The notes beneath the pieces are model-generated. The model did no database searches. It saw only the letters and a list, made by a program, of their open reading frames with translations, and was not told the DNA's origin. This document shows positions 27,801 through 33,300 of a DNA stretch of 64,000 nt, piece by piece. Each line of letters starts with the position of its first letter. The first letter of the stretch is position 1. The stretch is from Pseudomonadota bacterium. GTDB taxonomy: Bacteria > Pseudomonadota > Alphaproteobacteria > Rhizobiales > CBDHHC01. The position numbers and the translations under genes are program-made. Location of the stretch: assembly GCA_039033475.1 (NCBI GenBank), contig JBCCCO010000002.1, forward strand, positions 3,294 to 67,293, read 5' to 3'.

Positions 27801-30118
27801 CCAAGTTGGCCACTTTTGAATAAGGGCTTAATGCCAAGCGCTGGCTGTGTTGGTTTAATGTTCAGACGAACTTGCTCAGCAATTGCCTTGCCGCCAGGCT
27901 CAGTCATTCGAAGTGTAACTTCTGCTTCCAGGGGAATATTTGTGGAGGTAAGTTCAGTAAGCGCAACAGGGATTTGCGCTTTACCGTCTTGATTTGTGCG
28001 CGGTAAGGTGTTGAAAGGTGTGTTTACGGGTAAAAATGTTTCATCATGAAGCCCGAAGTGATACCCCTTGAAGCCCTTTAATCCTTGTGTACTTTTCTGA
28101 ACCAAAACCTCGCCATTTAGTTGTAGATTCGCAGCCGGGGCGCCATAGAGATATCTCCCGGTTAATGCAATCTCAGCGGTGTCTGTTACAGAAATATTGT
28201 CTATATTTGGCTTAAGTTCTAATTCCAAACGTTGAGGATTATAGTCTTCAACAAGGAAAGATGTGTTGCCAACAGGCTCTTGTTCCGGGTCAATATATGC
28301 CTGTACGTGCCACGTGCCACTCATTGCTGAGTTTTGCAAATCTATAATATGGCTGCGACCGCCAGCCCCTTCATCTTGCCAAATTATGCGGTTATGTTCT
28401 TTGCCATCTGGGCGGCGAATGATCAGGGTAAGTGGCAATTTTGGTACGGCAAGCCCTTTATCATCACGCAATAACCCAGTTAAATAAACTTGCTCACCAG
28501 AGCGATAAACGCCGCGCTCAACATAAAGATAGGCATCTAGAGGGCCAGCAGTCTTTCGGCCGGAAACGCCGCGGTCACTAAGATCAAAAGCTGCTTTCGT
28601 TATGTCTAGAAAAGCATAATCGCTGGCATTCTCGCCTTCTGCAACAACAAGAAACGGTGCTTGAGAGCCTTCACCATTTATAAGCCCTTTAGAGAATTTA
28701 GCATGACCATTGTTATCTGTTTTGACCTGACCAAGGATCTCATTATTCCGCGCTAACACCTTAACAGCAACATTGCTTAAGGGCTCCGCTGAAGCTAAAG
28801 AGCGTACAAAAACATGCATACCTTCCGGACTTGAAAGAGATGTCAAACCAAGATCGCTTACCACAAACCATTGGCTTGCCCTTCCTTGGTGGGCTCTTCC
28901 TTTTTTGGTTTCAGCTGGAGAGGCATAAAGGACATAAAGGCCTGGTTGAATATCCTTTATTACATCATGAGCGGGAAAGGCTGTGGTAACATCTTTGTTG
29001 AGCTGAGATTTGACATCCATCTCCCCAGACCAAATTTTACGGCTTAAATTCTTTTTGAGTTGCTCAATATTATAGTGATTAAACTGTCTTCCTAAATATC
29101 CCTTCACCATCGTCTGGCTAAGCGCTCGATCACCAATGTTATGTACTTCAACTTTAAGTTTCTTTGTATTCACTGAAATAAGGGGAATACCGTTTTGGCC
29201 TGTTTTAGGCAGTACGTATGTCTTGCCCGAAGCCCGAACAGCTGGTGATCTATCACGCACATAAACCTTGAGATTTGCCGTCTTTGTAATGGCTTCATCA
29301 ATTTTTGCAGGCAAACCAGCACGTACTTTTACCTCATAGCGCTGGCCATGAATCAACCCATCAAGGCACAACTGGCGATCCTCACGGGTGACAGCAGAGG
29401 GATCTTTTCCGTTTAAAGTAATGTATTTTGCAAAGTTGATTTTTCCGTTGGCGAGCGTTTCTGAGAACTGAATACAGACGCGAGGGTTCTCAGTTTCTGT
29501 ATCAACTTTGTAATTGGTAACGCGAAAACCATGTTGTCCATTCAACTCATTGTAAGCGGACCGTATTTTTGGATCTTCTTTTAGTGACAGACTGGCTTTA
29601 TAAGCTTCAAGGGCAGGGCGCCAATAAGACCTTTGCATCAAAGCTTTTGCAAGAACGCTCAGGGCTTTTATTTTATTTTCAGGACGTTTTGCCAAAGTAT
29701 ATGCAAGGTATGATGCTGACGTTGCCGTTCTTGTAAACCTTCTGCGCTCTTTTTTCTTGTCCTTAGATAATTGGATATTTGCATATCCTTGTCCAAGTTC
29801 TAGCCAGTTTGATACGTTTTGAGGGTCTAAAATAAGGGCTGCCCAAAAAGCTTCTTGTGCGAGTGACGTATTTCCATTGCTCTTTGCCTGTTGCGCTGTT
29901 GTAATCCAATCTTGATAAGATTTCTTCTGGTCATTCCAGCGTTTTCTATGTGTCCGCTCCCAGGTCTGTTGTAATTTTTTTTGAAATAATTTGGCACCAT
30001 AGGCAATCTGTTTGTTTTTGAAAATTTTTTCCTGTGCGCTGCTGCTTGATATATTTGTTTGAAATAGAACGACAAAAAGTAAAAATATGAGGTATGGTAA
30101 TTTGTGGTTTTTTAACAT
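24824..30118 (-). CDS. alpha-2-macroglobulin family protein (thioester-containing)
   Basis: 1,764 aa from the ATG at 30118 (track start is TTG 30136); signal peptide MLKNHKLPYLIFLLFVVLFQTNISSSSA without lipobox Cys; LDQYPYGCAEQTTSRALPLL thioester region; size and repeat-beta architecture of bacterial A2M. Confidence 0.88.
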   Translation of the reverse strand: MLKNHKLPYLIFLLFVVLFQTNISSSSAQEKIFKNKQIAYGAKLFQKKLQQTWERTHRKRWNDQKKSYQDWITTAQQAKSNGNTSLAQEAFWAALILDPQNVSNWLELGQGYANIQLSKDKKKERRRFTRTATSASYLAYTLAKRPENKIKALSVLAKALMQRSYWRPALEAYKASLSLKEDPKIRSAYNELNGQHGFRVTNYKVDTETENPRVCIQFSETLANGKINFAKYITLNGKDPSAVTREDRQLCLDGLIHGQRYEVKVRAGLPAKIDEAITKTANLKVYVRDRSPAVRASGKTYVLPKTGQNGIPLISVNTKKLKVEVHNIGDRALSQTMVKGYLGRQFNHYNIEQLKKNLSRKIWSGEMDVKSQLNKDVTTAFPAHDVIKDIQPGLYVLYASPAETKKGRAHQGRASQWFVVSDLGLTSLSSPEGMHVFVRSLASAEPLSNVAVKVLARNNEILGQVKTDNNGHAKFSKGLINGEGSQAPFLVVAEGENASDYAFLDITKAAFDLSDRGVSGRKTAGPLDAYLYVERGVYRSGEQVYLTGLLRDDKGLAVPKLPLTLIIRRPDGKEHNRIIWQDEGAGGRSHIIDLQNSAMSGTWHVQAYIDPEQEPVGNTSFLVEDYNPQRLELELKPNIDNISVTDTAEIALTGRYLYGAPAANLQLNGEVLVQKSTQGLKGFKGYHFGLHDETFLPVNTPFNTLPRTNQDGKAQIPVALTELTSTNIPLEAEVTLRMTEPGGKAIAEQVRLNIKPTQPALGIKPLFKSGQLGQRTNAQFEIVSVDKTGKQSTLKNLKWEIFEIQRRYQWYNRNGSWNYESIEYTKKVGDGTLETKADGPAIISTAVQSGQYRLDVSSENTNGPVSSHLFSSGWYGSSNADTPDLLNIAFDKPTYKAGETLTVTIKSETVGKALVAIIDTDIRKIKLVDVNEANTNVDFKVGEDWGPGTYVTAFFYRPMDTKTKRMPSRSIGINWLPQSKESNKLKVSIDIPEKTRPNTTLNVPVKIDGLKANSKTYVTLSAVDEGILSLTEYKSPNPKTWYYGQRRFRTEIRDLYGKLIDGMQAVRGKIRSGGDGLARLSSVGLKSEAPKNVEPIALYSGIVAVDPDGKVNIPLKLPAFDGTLRLMMVAWNETQIGNAEQDIIVRDPVVLIGTAPRFLTIGDQSNLHLSFNNIEGPDGEFSIQIEPSGPVDVDMKLKEQTLRLEKSGHSMLSIPITAKNKTGTAQLKLKVKGPDEFILERSFAFNVHPGAPNVTRRFALDVKPNGGQVSFTKDLVSGLATDTVKVSVNVNQGAVFDVPGLLLALDQYPYGCAEQTTSRALPLLYMSSVAKASGLIKDSDVKTRIEMAVNHLSSMQMSNGAFGLWGPFNQDLWLTAYVADFLTRAKAQGHNVSQQTFELAIDRLQNAISYASDFKNGGEGLAYALYVLARNGRAGIGDLRYYLDTKLDDFATSLAQAQLGSALAMYGDKARAEEAYGAALKRLNPKYEDKDYRKDYGSRLRDGAAMLTLVSETPVTNRFIPEINDILASASQSQDFTSTQENAWLLLAAHALQKQAKNLKMLVNGKPHSGALQRVMTADQFSTKDITVTNQTDKLLKAVVSVMGDGKNPEPALAKGFRIERQIYTLDGQLTSLEKVTQNDRFVVVLSVDEEEAKRGRLILVDRLPAGFEIENPRLVNSSSTKQLAWLKTKGRVEHTEFKDDKFVAAFNVAPNSKKTPQSLSVAYIMRAVSPGAYLHPSAKIEDMYRPGRFARTSATRVEVQKSN
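26174..26185 (-). other. CxEQ thioester motif (CAEQ) of A2M
   Basis: Codons TGT GCG GAA CAA, aa 1318-1321 of the track ORF. Confidence 0.85.
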
Positions 30119-30317
30119 TATGATATGCCGCCCCAAAATGTTTATTGAAAAGCCAAAACTTAAGAATGTTCCTATAGTTTAAAATAAGATAATTTTTGAT
30201 ACAAGTAAGAGTGTAGAATAGAAGGGATGTTTTCACCAGTTGCAAAGCATCAGATAGGAGATGACGCAATTAAACAGACACTTGGTTGAGACGACAGTGC
30301 AGAAGCTTTGCCTTCCC

Positions 30318-33300
30318 TTATCCTTCAACGGCTTGGTGAGCACCATTTATTAGATCAAAAATATTAAAATTAAACTGGATTCTAGGTCTAACATCTAACA
30401 TAACATCTGCTTTTTTATTTGTAGGGCCAGGGAAATAGGCAAGCGGATTAAAGGTGCTATATAAAAGCTCAGTTTCTTCAAATGTTGTCCCTAAGGTGAT
30501 AGGCAAGAAGGCTAACCAGCCGGTAAAATTAAAATTAATCTTTACAAATTCATTTTCGTCTGAGTTTAGTACGTTGGCTGCAACTTCATCTGCAATTAAG
30601 TTGCCTGTACTCGCACCAGCATGCATTGCTGAAATATACCCTTTGTCTTCAAATAAATAATGATCAATGAATGATGCGGTTAATGCTCCTATACCAGCGC
30701 CCGCAATTTCAGCTCCAAATGGTGTCATCCATAAAGAGTCATTTGTTCTTTTCATTGCAGAGAGATTGTAAACATGACTTCTTGTGAGAGCGACTACAGG
30801 TTCTGTGTTGAGCGTTTTAGAAACTGAAAAGCTATTTTTATTTTTTATAAACGCGTGTGCACTATTTGTGGACGCATTTGCCTTTTTAATCAAACCATAT
30901 CGCTCATCGATTGTAGAATTAAGAAAGGTAGGTTCCAATTCTGCAACTACGTCAGTGGTATATGAATGATATTTGTCCAGAAGATTTCGTAATGTTGGAT
31001 CATCAATTTCATAACCTTTTATTTCAACTTTTTGCTTCGTGGTATCTAATACTGAATCTACAAAAGACTGAGAATCTGTAGAAGTTTTTACCGTTTCAGG
31101 AAAATTGTTTTCATGGAGGTGCTGTACAATAAAATCGAAAAAACTGATATCTTCCTTACTATACTTGAGCGTATTATCAGTTGATATAGACTCCCGGACT
31201 CTATTCTGTGCTTTTATTACACTGCTGTTAACTGTCTCGTCAAAATTCTGACCTGCACCGTTTGTCAATTCAATGACTCCATTCGCAGACGCATGAAGGG
31301 CATTTGTCACGCTATCTGCATCTTCAGTCACATCGCCTTCGCCAGACCACATCTGTCTTATTTTGGCAACTCCATTCTTTACACCCTCCTTCCCCGCTTT
31401 AACTGGCGCAAAAACAAATTCCGAACCATCTAACGTGCCTACAGATATTGCCCCAGTCGCAGATCGCCATTTAACATCCTCTATGCGGATATTGCCCGTG
31501 TTATTGATAAACCTTAATGGGCTTTCCCCATTTGTATGTTTTTTATCAATGGTCATAGGAATAATAAGCTCGTGGGTGCTAACCTGTCCTGCATTTAAAG
31601 ATAATTTTAAGAGTTCTTTTAATTGAGGGTTGAATAACATGTTGACGCCTGCAACATCAAAAAACCGAATGCGTAGTTCAGAATAATATTCTATTTCACC
31701 ATTTTCCTTTGGTCTTTCAATGGGGACAGTTGCTACATTTCTATTCTGAATGCTATCACTTAACGAAATTTGTTTCGGTTTAAAAAACTGGCGAAATGTT
31801 TGAAACGGGCCATCCGAAACGGGTTTTAATTTTATTGAAGCTGGGCCTGCCTTGTTTCCACCAAACTCACCTGGGACTTGATAGCCATTTAGCATTTTCC
31901 TCAAGGTGAATTTTATGTCAAACCCTATATCCAGGCGGAGTTCTGGACGATTGGTAAGCCATTCCGTAAGAGAGTCCGCTGTTGATGTTCTGCGCTGTAC
32001 GTCTTCTGGATCAAAGCTTCCGTTTTCAATAAGTGTGCTTGCCTCTGCAGCAAGCTGTAGCGCATCTTCCCCACCAGCATTGATAAATGTTTCAGTCATT
32101 AGCTGTGCAAACAATTCCTTGGCGTCGTCACCTCCTTCAAGAAAAGGTTTTACGAACTTCGCCATTTGCAACATGTATCTGGTGGAAGAAATTGTCTCAG
32201 TTGTAAAGCTCACAAGATCCGATGCGACTTTTGCTGCCTCTTCTGCTGTAGCCACAGTTTTTGCGGGTATTCCTAGTTCGGGGACCATATCCATGAGTAA
32301 CTCTATAGTTAAAGCTTCAAGCTCTCCGTACTGATCATGTAAACTCAAAATTTCATCGATAAAACCAAGACCTATATCTGTATAGCCACCAAATGTTTCC
32401 TGAATTTCAAGCACCAAATCATGTTCAAAATCTTCGATTTTGTCTGTGAGATAATGCAGCCCTCTTTCGACAGCTCGTTGTATCCAATTCTTTTTGGTAT
32501 GAGTAACGTGTGCAGTTTCAGTGAGTTCATGAAAATGACCAGCTTCGCTACTCCAGACCGTTGTTCCGGTATTTCCTGCTTCAGTATAGAGCACGCCATC
32601 ATCTCGTATAATCATTCTATAGTAATGGTTATGAGATTGGCTTTCAGCTGTATCACTACTAACGACTTCTGTATCAGTCCCTTCGTTATCTGTGAATATC
32701 AGAGAGCCATCGTCACCAATGCGAATTTGTGATTTTTGCCCTTTTCCAATTTGACTTGCTACTTGCTCAATATCACTTTTGCTACCATCGTCATTAATTT
32801 CATATATATGCAATCCGTCGTTAAGAAGAGTGACTTGATACTTGCCATTGTTTGACCATAAGCTTTGGCCTAATTTTAAAGCCCCCTCCTGGCTGGAAAT
32901 ATAATTCGTAGCAACAGAGATTTCTGAAGTGGTGGCTCTTTGATGTGTTGTTTCTGCCCCAGAGGTGTCAATTTCCCAAAGGGTGACTTCTGAATCATCT
33001 AAAGGATCAATTTCTGTTAGGGTGATATGTCCATCATCATGAACTTTCAGTTTTTTTAGGCCTGTTGTTACTCCTACTCCTTCGGTATCAGTGTGCCAAA
33101 CCGAATTTCCATCCCCATCAAAATACTCCATTTTGCCTGTGCCAAACACTTCCAGGTAAGCGTTATTTGCATTGTTGCTTGCAGGTATATCTTCAGACCA
33201 AATAACTTCATTGGCTGTTGTGTCTATGAGTTTAACTCCATTATCAAGTTTAAATTCATATTGCCCATTGTCCGAGATGAGTGAAGTATTGTGCGTCATT

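Noticed and set aside
29946-30269. 107-aa ORF between the giant gene and A2M, considered as a possible immunity protein
   Set aside because: Two thirds of it overlap the A2M signal-peptide region out of frame. The sequence is Lys/Ile/Asn-rich with no TM segments or motifs, so it is most likely spurious.
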